From Guillardia theta CCMP2712 (taxonomy: Eukaryota; Protista; Cryptophyta), in NCBI RefSeq assembly GCF_000315625.1, contig NW_005434656.1, positions 169,741 through 233,740 of the forward strand: a DNA stretch of 64,000 bases. The letters are read 5' to 3'. The notes under the pieces are model-generated. The model was not told where the DNA came from and searched no databases. It worked only from the letters and a program-made list of their open reading frames with translations. The position numbers and the translations under genes are program-made. Shown piece after piece: positions 1 to 13,000 of the stretch; the first letter of the stretch is position 1; each line of letters begins with the position of its first letter.

Positions 1-3000
1 CCTCCTCCTCCTCCCTCCTCTTCCTCTTCCTCCTCCCACTTCACTCCTTGTTTCAACTCTTCTGTACATACCTATCAAGTTTCAAAACACAGTCCAAAGC
101 GTGTTTTGCCTGGAAAGTACGTCAACATCTTCCCTCCTCCTCCTCCTCCTCCTCCCTCCGCCATGATCCTCATTCCAACTTTCCCCGTTAGCCTCCTTTC
201 TCCCTCACCTTGTTAATGTGACACCATTGGAAGGAGGCAGGAAGGATGAGATAAGTCAACGTATCCCACAGAATGTGCTGCCCATCCTTCAGCGCCCTCG
301 TCTCCTGTGACTCCTCCTCACACCTTCACATCCAGCTCCGTGTAAACTTCATGCATCGCTTCGAAGGCCCCGAGCGTTCTGTACAGCTGACGTGCCGAGT
401 CAGATGAAGATCAGGGCTGTGAGGTTGTTTGAAAGCATCACAAGCAGAACATCTACATGTTGAGGGAGGAGACAACAACAGGCATGAAGTGGAAGGCAAC
501 GACAGGCTACATTAGTAGTTGATACACCAAGAGCCCGACCTCACCTTGAGGAGAAGTAATTTGAACTGAAAGTTGGTCGGAGAGACATGCAGCCCCCACC
601 TTAAGACATCGTGAGCAAGAGAGACAAAGATGGGGAGCAACAAATCTTGACCGGGCGACGATGCTGGCGTCCACCAGATAGCACTCATCTCTAGTCTGGC
701 AGAACTTGTCGAAGAGCAGTCTTGCTGCGAGCATCTCTTGTTATCGATCCTCTCTCTTTCTCTCACTCTGCTCACCAGCAACCAGCGTGTTGTCGTCCGA
801 CGGTGTTCTAACATAACGAGGGAACGTCACATGCGAACATCTCTTGTTTCTCTCCTCTCCGCTCTCACCGATCTCGAGGGTAACCGGGCTTTCTCTTCAG
901 CCTCTTGACGCAAGAGAGGGCAGCATGCAAGTGCTCCTGCACCTCTGCCAGCCAGTCAGGAGCGTACAAGGTGCAGAGATCTTGTGCGGAGAAAGTAGAA
1001 CAAACCTTGTCTGAACTTGGAGTCGTCCGACACGATCGATGTGTGCAAACCCAGCATCCTTGATATCTTTGTCATCGTTCCGAATCGCAAACAAACGCTC
1101 TCAAGGTCGTCCGAGGCGTCTTTGTGCGGCCCTGAGCCACCGAGAGTCTTGAGCTTGTCCATAATGATCTGATGTTGATCGACAGGAAACCTTTCATCAC
1201 CATCGTTAAGATCATTGTCATGGTTATGATCATTGTCATCATTATCATCACTAAAGACAGGAATGTCCTCGTCAAAATCATCGTAAACCGTCGCACTTTC
1301 ATACGGCACCTATGTGCATATTGTTGCGTTGGTACCACCTCATCTCAGCTCATCTCATCTCATCTCATCTCATCTCATCTCATCTCATCTCATCTGACCT
1401 CATCTCATCTCACCTGACCTGACCTGACCTGACCTGACCTGACCTGACCTCATCTGACCCGTCTGATCTGATCTGATCTGACCTCACCTGACCTCACCTC
1501 ATCTGAACTGATCTGATCTGATCTGATCTCACCTCATCTCATCTCATCTCATCTCATCTCATCTCATCTCATCTCATCTCATCTTATCTCATCTCATCTC
1601 ATCTCATCTCATCTCATCTCATCTCACCTTTGCAGGGGAACCACCAGGTCATACGCACACATGTCCTTCGTGCAGAACATTTCCACATAACTGCAGCAAC
1701 ATTAAAATCTATTCCATCAATTTCCGTCTCCCTCCCTCCCTCCCTCCCTCCCTCCCTCCCTCCCTCCCTCCTGCTCCCCTCCACCATGGTCCTCTCCCTT
1801 ACCTGTACACTGCATCGATGGACTTGCCCAGGATGTCTTTGTGGATACTCAGGTGCGCAGGGCAGAAGGCGAGCAGCCTGGTGTAGAGCTCCACAGCGGC
1901 GAGATGGGGAGTTCGGGACTTTATCTCTCCAGTTTGATGCTCAATGAGAAATGCAATCATTTTCTCCCCCTCCTGCTCATCAGAGATCAGTCAACCACCT
2001 CCCCGCCTCTCCTCCCACCCATCCTCTCTGCCCTGCCCTCGTTCTATTCATGCTTGCCCCCCCTCCCCTCCTAATTCTGATCCTCCTTCTCTACCTTCTG
2101 ACCATCTTTCGTCCCCATCCCCACCTCCGTTCCAACCTCTATGAGCCTCAAACCTCCCTCAATCATCACATCCCTCCCCCCTCCTCCCTCCTCCTTTCTC
2201 TCCCCCGCTTCCTCTCCTCCGCTTCCTCTCCCCCGCTTCCTCACCTGCATAATCCACTCGAAATCCTCCTTCGGGTTCTCAACAGGAGCGATAGTGATCG
2301 ACATCCCACCGACACTTCCTCCCTGAGGAGCGTTGGAGGGAACGGGAAAGTTCTGCAGCGTCCCGGTTTAGAGGAGGAGTGAAGGGAGAGAGTTGACAGC
2401 AGGGACAAATTGCAAGGATGCGACGCGATGAGGAGCGGAAGAGGCAGTGAGGAGGCAGGAGGAACTTGACGGGAGGGGGGGGGCGGGAAGCGAGCGGAAG
2501 AGAGGGAGGTGGAGGTGGAGGTGGAGTGGACGGGGAGAGGGAGGTGGAGGGGGAGGAGGAAGGGGAGGGGGAGGGGGAGTGGGAGGAGGAAGGGGAGGGG
2601 GAGGGGGAGAGGGAAGGGGGAAGGGTGGGGGAGGGGGGGAGGGAGGAAGGAGGAAGGAGGGGGAGAGGGAGGGGGAGGGGGAGGGACAAGAGAACGAAAC
2701 GGTCTCCCGATACCTTTTCCTTCATGATACAATCAAGAACCCCCCGCACGTGTGACCATTCTTCCTTCCCCTTCACCTGCTCCATCTGGTTAGCTCTGCT
2801 GTTCCTTCTCCCTTCCTCTTCGTCTCCCCCTTATTCCCTCCCTCCCTCCCTCCCTCCTTTCCTCCCTGATTTCTCTCCCTCCCTCCTCCTCCTCCTCCTC
2901 TTGTACCTGCCCTTCGTCCACGGTCATCAGCTCCATGTACACTGCCCGCGCCTCCTTCCAGTTTCCGTTGTTGAAGAGAAGACTACGATACAATCACAAC

Positions 3001-4581
3001 TTCTGCTTCTTTCCTCCATAAAGATGTGAAAGATAGTAAGGGAGAAAGAGGTATAGTGACCGAGCGAGCGAGGTAGGTAGGTAGGTAGGTAGGTAGGTAG
3101 GTAGGTAGGTAGGTAGGTAGGTAGGAAGGGTGAAAAGGAGGTTTCAGGATTGAGAAAAGGATGAAGGAGGGCGGGGGTACCGAGCTTTAGTCTGCAATCT
3201 CTCAATCTTGGACGTGTAGTTGTCACCGATGGGGCTCTCAAGCATCTGTCGACAAGTCTCGTCAACTTGGGACAACATAGAATGGAAACGAGCGCAAGGA
3301 GGTACTCTGAGCTACCGACAGACAACCTCATCCTCGCACCTGGACGGCCTCAGCCAACTTGCCCTGTCGCTCGAGGATCTCAAGGTAGAGCCGCATCTCC
3401 TCGTATGTGTCTGAGCAAGCTGGTGAGGAGGAGGGGAGGGGCGGACAAGCCTCGTCTCACTCAGCTTCGACTCTTCTGCTCTCTTCGCCATCTGTCGCTC
3501 TGCGTGCGAGTGTGAGGAGAGGAGCAAGTCAGCAGCGAGCGTCTCTACCTGTGAGGAACAGCAGTTTCGGAGGAGCTCCTTCCATCACCTTCATGCCCAT
3601 CAGTCCCACTTGTCACTTCAGTTCTCGCCGCAGCCTCTTTCTTACTTGTAGTGTGGTAGCAACGATCGCCCACAGCGCGTACTGCTCGCGGCCAAACTGT
3701 TTCTGCAACTTCTGAGCGAGCTGTTCCGAGGCTATCAGGGGAGTCAATCAGCTCATTCCGTGCGTCCTAACCTGTTGCTGCTTCAAGAAATCTCTTTCTC
3801 TCCCTGTACGAAGATCAGCAAGCAGCACCAGCAAGTCAGACACAGAAGCCTTCCTCTCACCATATGCGGCGAACAAGCACAAGGCAAGCTCCTCATTGTT
3901 CGGCTCCTGCTCTAAGTCAGGTCATGGCTCGACCTTCCCCTTGACTCGCCTTGTTCAGAGCACTCTTGAAACATTCCGTAGCTTCTGAAGCTGATCCGCA
4001 TAACGTCAGCATCCCCTCCTCTCCTATTATTATTCTCTTCACCGGCTCCAGCTTCTCGGAAGACTATCGCAAGATTGTTCAGCAAAGTCTCGTCCCCTTC
4101 CACCTGTAGGCGGGTGAGGTCAACAATATTCTTGTTCAGCTCTCTCACTTGTCTTTGCGCCTTCAGCTCATGTGCCAGCTGCAGAGCTTCCTCCTTCCCT
4201 TGCTGTCAGCGCGTCGCACTAGCTCCCCTCTTCCCTCCTGACCTTCTTCCCTACCCGCACAAGGGCCAGGGCCTTCAAGATGAGCAGCTGTGGGTTTCCT
4301 GCCGACCATGGGTGAGGAGAGATGCGTGAGCTCATGGCGAGCCACCAGCTTTCTTCTGCAGGAGAGGACCGAGAAGTTTCAACGCCTGCTCCAGCTCATT
4401 ACCTCAGCCCATGGCGCCTCCTCCCCTTACCTGCTTGTTCTTCCTCATCTCGAGGGCTTCGTAGACCGCCCTGACCTGCCATGGTTCGCAAGTGACAATG
4501 TAATACTGCTCTCCTCCTCCACACAATGTGCTGAGCATCACAACGTGACGATCGTCGCACCTTGCTGGATATGTTGCTCAT
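1..4581 (-). CDS. NAA25: N-terminal acetyltransferase B auxiliary subunit (NAA25/MDM20), multi-exon, 3' end beyond window start
   Basis: Exons spliced by eye give MSNISSK-VRAVYEALEMRKNKQ, LKALALVRVGKK, EPNNEELALCLFAAY, LAQKLQKQFGREQYALWAI, YEEMRLYLEILERQGK, WGLHVSPTNFQFKLLLLK and LYRTLGAFEAMHEVYTELDVK-HILWDTLTYL. These match, in order, conserved NAA25 blocks. ATG at 4581. Confidence 0.85.
1339..1626. repeat. Compound pentamer microsatellite (CATCT/GACCT/GATCT)n in an NAA25 intron
   Basis: About 57 five-base units switching between variants, seen directly. Confidence 0.95.
3073..3124. repeat. (GTAG)n tetranucleotide microsatellite
   Basis: About 13 perfect units, intronic. Confidence 0.9.
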
Positions 4582-5554
4582 GTTCTTCGATGGCAAAGAG
4601 CCCTGAGGTCCCGAACCGACGGCGTTCAACCCTGGCAAAGAAGCGCTTCAGTTGCTCCTCTCAGGTTTGATCCCCATGTCCCTCTCTTCATTCAGATCGT
4701 TGAAACAGTTTCACACCTCACATCGCCTGCTCTCACTTTCCTCTAGATGTCAAGAAACTCGTAGCTTCCCATCTCGTAACACGAAATCGCCTCTACTCTC
4801 CTCCTGGCCTTCCTGCCATCATCCTCCATGCTCGTCTCTTCTCCTACCGAGTCCCGATCTTACCACCCTGTTTCCTCCTCCTCCTTCTTCTCCTCCTCCT
4901 CCTCCCTTCTCTCCTCCTTCCCTCTCTCATTCCCTCCACCCCCGACAAAGAATTCTGCATGAAGCTCGTGGCATTGTCGTTATCCGTCGTTACGTTACGG
5001 TTGTATACGGTTACAAATCCACTGGAAATCTCAGGGGTAGGCAACGCAAAGGGTCATCCAATGGGGGTACATTTACAAAGCTTTTCCCTTCAAGCAAGGG
5101 GTATATGGATTGTCGGTGGGGTGGGTAGAAGGGGTGGGGCGAATGGCAGAGGGGGAGCGGCATGGCTGGGAATTATGTGCTTGTTTTTTGAGGGAAATGG
5201 CGAGAGGGATGGTAGAAGCAGAGGATATGGCAAGAGACATAGAGACAATGAAAGAAGTAGAAGTGCCGACGAGGAGTACAGGAGAGATAATGAGAGGACA
5301 TGAAGGAAGATATCGAGAGAGGAAAGTGACCAAATCATCGTGAGTGCTCATGGGAAGAGATGAAATGGAAGGGTGGAGGTCGCAACAGGAGAGGAAGAGA
5401 CGGGGTGAAACAAGCGAGCTAGTTGAATTCGTAATAATTCTACATCTGAGAGAGATATTGTCCTTCAACCCCTCACATTGCCAAAGTGCTTGATTTGACA
5501 TTAATTACTCATCTCATGTTTTACAGCGTCGGGAGGTGGCGTGACCCCGTAGCA

Positions 5555-8500
5555 ATGGCTATGCCAGAGGACTCCTCAATGGAGGTGCCCGTCAACCTGG
5601 CAGTCGACTGTGTCGTTCGCAATGCTATGGAGAAGCTCGTAGAGAAGCAAGCGGACCTGAGGAACAAGTCGTTCCAGAGGAAGAAGGAGCTGGCCAAGTA
5701 CTTCGAGGAGACTAGACGGCAGCTGATCTCTCTCCTCGCACTTGTGAGATGGCAGAAGAAGCGCCTCAAGGTCACCAAACAGTGCGACGACTTGATCGAG
5801 AACTTGAGGTTGCACCACTGGCACATGCACACCACGTCAGAGCGGTTGTGCATTGCGTCGGAAGAGCTAGCATACCAGCACAGGACGCCCATGTATGACA
5901 TGAGGACAGCGGTCGACGTGCTTGCCAGCGGCACCTACAACGGGCTGCCTGACATGGAGATGCAGAAGATCATCACGCCCAAGGTGACCGACGCTGAGAA
6001 GGAGCAGGTGATCAAACGGCTGGACTTCCTCATCCGGACCGAGCTGTTGAACATGAAGATCCCTGCGGATCTTTCCAAGGTCGAGGTGAAAGACGGGCGT
6101 CTGACTCTCCAGGCAGACGACGAGTTCGAGCTCGTGCTGTCTCTGCGCCTCGATCAGTCGCCCCACCCCTTCAAAGTCGACAAGGTACAACTCCTCGTCA
6201 AGGCTCAAGGCGGCCCCCTGCCCGCGTGCGATGGCCTTGTGCCGTTGATTGAGAACCGGATGATGCACAACCAAGAGCCTCTGGTAGAGGCCGTGACGAT
6301 CCTTGGAGACTGCGCTCGTTTCCGGACTTGGCAAATTCTTAACTCCCAGGCGCAGGGGCCGCTCTTCTCCCCCAAGGTCGATGTGGAGACGAGCACCAAC
6401 GGGAATTCTTTCACCGTGTACTACTGGCAAGATTCTCAAGCTCCCGTGTCCTTCGAGTCTCTGATGACGTCAGCCGTGCGGAAGAATACTGTGGAGACCA
6501 AAGCAAATGTCTCAGCGGATTCGAGGATCAAGATCAAGAACCCGTGTATCATATTCATGTCTACTAAAGAAGGTCATAGCCGGGTGCAGATCAAACATTC
6601 GCCTCCTCTTGTGGACGAGGACGGCAAAATCGTGGAGATTCACGTGAACAGATCGTCTCTCAGCTTGGAGAGTGTGATCCAGGATGTGCTCAAACTGCAC
6701 AGCAGCTGCAGGCTGCGGTTGCTCCACAAAAGGTTGTCAGAGTACGAATGCCTGCTCCGAGACTGCGACATTGCTGTCACCATGACACCGACAGGGAACG
6801 AGCTCGTCGTGCACGTGGAAGGGAAGCCGAGGGTGAGCATCGTCAGTGACTACAAGAGCGGTGAGTTGGAAGCAAGGGACCTACTCTTAACGGACTCAGC
6901 GCCAACTTATGAGAAGCTTCAGACTGGTCTACATCGAGCCCTTCTTCGTACGGGTGACGACAGCGTTGCACAAGTGCTCATAGCATGGCGCTCCTACGAC
7001 ATCCTCAACATCGTGACTGGACTTGCTCCCTCGTTCGGATTGAAACCAGCTTTCAAACTCCTCACCTACTCCCACTCACAGTCCATCCAGCTTAACGACC
7101 TTGTTAACGAGAAAAAGCCCGGAATCTTCTTGCAGCTTCCTGGTTGCTCAATCCTGGATTCAGGCTACAAGGATCCATCGAAGCCTCTGCCAAAACCTTC
7201 CTCGCAAGACGTGTGGGCGCTGATGGTGCAGTACGACGCGTATGAAGGAAAGTTCCACTTCTCCCTGCTCATCTTGTCAGTTTCTAAGGGAGCCAAACCT
7301 GTCATCGAGAAGCTGGACGTTGACAAGATCCCCCTCCAATCATGGCCGCCGGCCTCTTCCCAGAATCAAGAACCTCGGACCAAGAAGAGGAAAGTCACCG
7401 GGCCGATCGAAACGTCTTCTGTAGAGAAGATCGCAAGGATTCAGCTGGCAAAGGTGTCAGAGATCGTTAGCAAGCGCATCCGTTTCATGCAGCTCGAGAA
7501 GCAACTGGACATGCAGAGGATCAAATGGCGAAGTGTGGGTGACGTCATCCTGTTGCACCTACACGCCTCGCTGCTGCAATCCAGGGAGCTGCGCCTGTAC
7601 CTCGAGCCCAAGTCCGCTTCCTTCGTTGCTGGTGGGTGTTCCGGGTGGAAGGCGGAGATGACGATCACGACATCGTATCATGAGCACTACAAGCATCCCA
7701 GCGAGATACTCCCGACCATCAAGAGGGTGGGATTCTTGGAGGAAGTGGTGGAGGAGGGCGGCAGCAACACTCTGACGTTGAATTTCCCCAACATCCATTG
7801 TGAGAGCATTCGCATGCTCCAGCAGATCGTTCAGGGTCTGTCGCACATCGCTCGGCTGGCCCATCGCATCATGGAGATCTTCGACCCAGCTCACTCTGAG
7901 GAGTACAAGGACCTTCAGGGCACTCTGGCTATCGAGGCGATGGGTCACACCTGCATCGTCCTGCGCATGATCGAGAGCAGGCAGCTGATCAGCATCAGGT
8001 ATCGCCTACGAGGAGGGTTTGCGGTCTCGATCGGGAACGAGGTGCATCCGCTGACCGGGAACGCGGAGATCGCTCTGGACTCTGAGCAAGATATCGTAGA
8101 CATCTTGACGTCCATCGTCAGCATGCAGGTGCTACTTGACATCGTCAAAGAGCTGCCGACCAATCCTGGGGACGTCACCTTGTTCAGCCACCATCTTGAC
8201 GGCCTCTGCGTCATCTTTCGCGGCATGTTCGGCTTCTACATCCGGTACACGGACATCTACTCCATCTCCGACGCCACTGTCTGCACTCCAAGATTCGCAT
8301 CAAAGGGCATGGTGGAGCAGGACGAGTGGAGCTACAAGTTCCCTCCTACCAGCTTCTCCTCCTTCATGGACACAATCTGGCCCATCCCCGACTGGCAGAA
8401 CGTCATCAGCTTCATCGTCGATCACATCACAGCGCTTGACTACAACTCTCTGCTTGCAGAGGGTCAGAATGTACTGGTGCCGGAGAGAGAGCAGGGCTAC

Positions 8501-9766
8501 CTGCCCCCCATCCCTCACTTCACCGGCAAGTCGAGCTCACTCGTCTGCAGTAGAGCGCATGTCCAGAAGACAATAGAACTTGCGTACCAGCACATCGTGG
8601 TTTCCTTCATGCACATCTATGGTAACTGGCTCATTTCCAAGGTGAACACCTCAACTACCAACCGCATTGCTCCTGCCCCTCCTGCTCAATCTGCCCCTCC
8701 TGCCCCTCCTGCCCCTCCTGCCCATCCTGCCTCTGCCCCATCGACATTCATCGTAAGAGGTCGCCATATCTTCTCTCTGGAGGTAATGCACCCATTGAAG
8801 TGATCCTGGTTCTGACTTGAGGGCAGCTGACTCAAAAGGGCATGCCGCAATGGAACGGAGTGGAGAAGCTGCGGCTCAAGGTGGAGAACGCGGGAGCTGC
8901 CGCGGAGAAGACCAAAGAAACGTTAACGGATGCGGATGTGAAGACGATCGAGAGCATCTTCGAGGTGGAGGACGGTCCCTCTCAGCTGCTGCCCTGACAC
9001 CCCGTGGGCTGCAGGAGGCCATCAACGAAAGCTGCTCGATGAACCGACTTCGTTCCTTCCTGAATCTCCTCTCCTTCCCTGTCGCCGTCATCCACAGCTT
9101 CTGCGAGATCTGGCGAGAAATCTCCATCATGTACAAGCAAGTCGCTGAGGTCACTTTGATCGCTCCCCTGCTTCCATCGTCTCACCCTGAGCAGGTCGCA
9201 CTTGCCCCCGTCTTCCTCGTCGACACGGCAGAGACCAAGGAGAAGGTTGCGGCAGGTATCCGCAAGGGAGCCCTCACTCCCTCTCCTCGCTCCGACTCCG
9301 TCAGCTGCATCCTCCACGATAACACCAAGGTCTCCCCCGCCTCTCGTCTTCCCCCTTCCTCTCCAGCTCTTCACACCCCAGCTGTGTGCAGGACGAGGCC
9401 ACGTTCGTTCTGCGGTTGTGGATGAACGAGACTCCAGCTGTTGAGGTGCAGGTCAGTTGAGTTTGCGGGGTGTGTCTCATGCTGACCAGCTCATTCCCAG
9501 CTCATCTACGCCTACACCCAGTCGAAAATGTTTTCGGGGACCATCACGGTGCTGCCGGTGGGGAGCAGCAGGGAGGCGTCGGCCACCGAGATGGCAGAGA
9601 CGATCTTGAAGCTGACGGCCAACCCGACGCCGGTGAGGGTCGCGACTCCCTCCTGCTCCTCTCGCCTGACACCCCTGCTCAGGTTCCAGCTGGGCAGCTC
9701 TGGTCGTCGGTCAAGAACATCCTCGGGCAGTTCCAGGCTCCTCCTCCTCCCGCGCCTGCGATCTAG
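5555..9766 (+). CDS. MED14: Mediator complex subunit 14 (Rgr1); one long first exon plus several short 3' exons
   Basis: Med14 N-terminal motifs KKELAKYFEETRRQLISLLALVRW and YDMRTAVDVLASGTYNGLP. ORF of about 1,080 aa from ATG 5555, with later exons to a probable stop at 9766. Confidence 0.85.
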
Positions 9767-10039
9767 AGCTGCTGGAGGACACTTGAGGGAGATTGTCAAC
9801 GCTGGGAGGGAAGTCACTGGGGTCGAGACGAGGACTTTGTTTAAAGGAGCGAGGGAGGAGGGAAAGAGTAGGAAAAAGTTAGATTGACTGTTATTGCTCA
9901 CATTTTTACTTTGGGATAGATCTGAGTACAGGTATTTACATTAAAGTTGTCATCTTTCTTCTTCATCGTCTTTTTCTTCCTTCTTTCGTCGTCTTCCCTC
10001 TTATTTCGACTTCCTCTCTCTCTCTCGCCTCCAACGACC

Positions 10040-13000
10040 TCACAGTGTCGGGCATGTAATGTTGTTGTTGAGGATGTTCTCACAGCAGAAACTGGAACAT
10101 GGTGAGTTCAAAGAAGGCAAACAGGATTGCAAACCTTGCTGAGCTGATCGCTGGCGAGAAGTTCAGCCGGTACGGAGAACCCACAAGCTCGTAGGGCGAG
10201 AAGATGCGGTATGAAGGGAAACTTTCGTACAACGGAGTACAACTCCCCCCTCCCGTACAATCTGCATCTGCCGCACAAGATGACCCTGAGTTGGGGCCGA
10301 GACAGGAGCAGGTCGCCTCCTGCGCTGTGCTGATTCCATCACAGTAGAGCTCGCCGGTGTCGGAGCAGTTGCATGCTGTATGATTGACGCATGAGCCCGT
10401 CAGGTTGACGCTGCCGCCCATGCAGACCTGCCGGAGGACCCGATGGGAACCTTGACAACTTTGACAGTGTCTGAGCTCCTCCACGGCATCAGACAGCTGG
10501 AGTTCAGCTGAGGTGTTGGGGGTAGGATGCGGAATCTTCCATTCGATGAAGACGTCGTACGGGAAGGAGAGATCGAAGAACTTGTAGTAGGCTGACGGTT
10601 GCACGCTTGACAAGGAAGTCCACTGATCAATGATAAGAGAATTGTCTACCCAGACCTTGACTCTGTCAGAAGTGCTGATGTTTGACCAACGAAAACTCTT
10701 GGCCTGGGAGGTTTTCCGCTTCATCGTCATCATCCCATGCAGTCTGATCACGAAGCTTTCGTTTGCCCAAGTCAAGTTGCCGATGGTTTCAAGCGTTGAG
10801 TCTGCAAAGTCAGACAAGCCAAACTTGCCGACTGTCTTGAGATCATTCGGCAGGAGGGCATCGGGCTGAGCTGTTCCTGTGAAATTTCATCGCTGTGGAT
10901 GTCAGTCAGTAACGAGCCGCTAGAGAGGACAGCAGACCTGATGTAGTAGGTGGCGTGCACCATCCCCATGTGAAGCAGTCGGGTGTGCAAGAAGTGAAAG
11001 TTCTGACAGGGCGAGGTGTCTCTGTTGAGATGATAGAAGCAGGTATGGACCCCTTTCCCAGCTCGCTCAGCACTTGCCTCTCACTCTGATCGCTAGTCAA
11101 GCACGAGCTCAGGCTGCTGGAGGGCTCCTGGAGCTGCGGGAGGATCTTGACCGCTATGGTGGATATGGCACCTCGCCATGGCGGCGTAAGACCTCCAGCG
11201 CTGAATCCCAAGAAGGGAGGAGCATAGGAGCTGCACCCAGAGGTCTCGAGAGCAGAACAACCACGGCAGGCGCTCTGATTGCAGTCGGGGCTCTGCTGGT
11301 ATGCAAATTGAGTGCGAACAAGGAAGGACGCGAACAGCCGGTCGTCGGGTAGCTGACCTGGTCTCATGTTTCCGAACTCGTCTCGTGCCTCGATGAAGAA
11401 GGTGTTGCGGTACGGTATGAGAGCCGCAAAGGTCAGGCCGTAGCCCACGAGTGTCGACCTAGAGCCGCAGACAGCAGGGGCTGGCAGGACTGAGACGAGG
11501 AAGGGACTTCCGAGAACGTCTTGCATGCCGAGCTGGACGAAGACTTTGTGATCGCCCGAGAGGACAGGGGAGATGGTGCCCACGAAGTATCCAGCTGTGG
11601 GAGAGCTGGCCCCTCCTTCTCCTATGGTCTCAAACGGCCGCACGAGACCCTTGAGCGGGTAAGAGACTCTGCCCTGCACGGTAGGGATGAGGTAGGAGGT
11701 CTTAGGATACATAGTGATGTTCCACGGCAAACTGTCGTTGAATACCAGGTTGACAACCTTTCCCAGCTCGTCGTTGGCAACGATGAAGAACCTCAGAGTT
11801 TGACCCGCCGTAGCAAAGTCCAGCTGATCATCGGCGTGCACGAGAGACTTGCTTGCGCAGATGGCGTCGACGTATGTCCCCAGCTGCTGCGAGGCCTGCG
11901 CGAAGTCATACTGGACGAGAGGCCAGTAAGAAGAGCTGCTGGCCAGCAGGCCAGTCTTGTTGCAGAAGCTCTCGATCGTCGCGTCGGAAGGAGCAAGGAT
12001 CGGACTCGAGTAAGAGAGAAAAGAGGAGTCGAAGGTTGCGGGGGAGGTCTGAGGGTAGAGCAGCCGGTAGTAGATGGAAGATTGAGATGTCGAGCAGAAG
12101 ATCGACAGCTGGAAGGCGTCGCTCCGGTTACTTGAGGCCTGGGAGACGAAGACGGGTGAAGAAGCTTGAACATAGAAGGTACTTGAGTTGGCGACGTCCG
12201 AGTCTTCTAGCCCCTCCTTCACAGCAACTGCGCAAACTCTTGTGGTGGATGAGACATAGAAGGGCCCGGAGTACAAGGAGCTCGCGTTGGAGGGCAGGCT
12301 CTCATCTAGGGTGTAGAAGATCGCGGCCCCTTGCGTGCTGCTGCGGATGAAGATAAGGCATCGGCTGATGCACGTGACTGCGACTGGGGAGGAGAAGCGA
12401 GGAGTAGACACTTTGTTCACAACTCCCGGCTGATTGTCCATAGCGCTCAAGACATTCATCGCCTGCTGGGGGATTGACAATGTCCCAGTGACTTGTATGG
12501 ATACATGCTGCGCTTGTTGCACCACACTTGGGTTGACGACCTTGAAGGACAGAGAGTATACCGTCCTCGCTTCTAGAACAAGCCCTCTTCTCACGTAGAA
12601 TACAACATTTCCTCCCACATAGCTTCCCGTTCCCGCAGTGTTTGCATATTTGTCTCCTGTCAACAACTGACTGCCAACGGAACTCGAAGAATCTTGCAGT
12701 AAGGGAAAGTACAAGCTCAACCCAAGGTTGCCGAGCCCGGAGATACTGATCACGGAGTCAGAGTTGAGGTTCACGTTCACTTCGAACTCAATGGTCAGTA
12801 AATTTTCTTCCCCTGCCAACGAATTGTTTTGACTGATTTCTGCCCGCAGCCACCTTGCGATCAAGAGAGTAGCTGCGTTGCCAGCTGCCTGTGTGACCGC
12901 ATGAGGAAGAATATTGAGGGTGCCGGTGGTTGATACAAAGAGGCTGGGAGGAGCTTGCCCTTGTAGACTGTTGTTCACTGAGAAGGAGAAGACGTAAACA

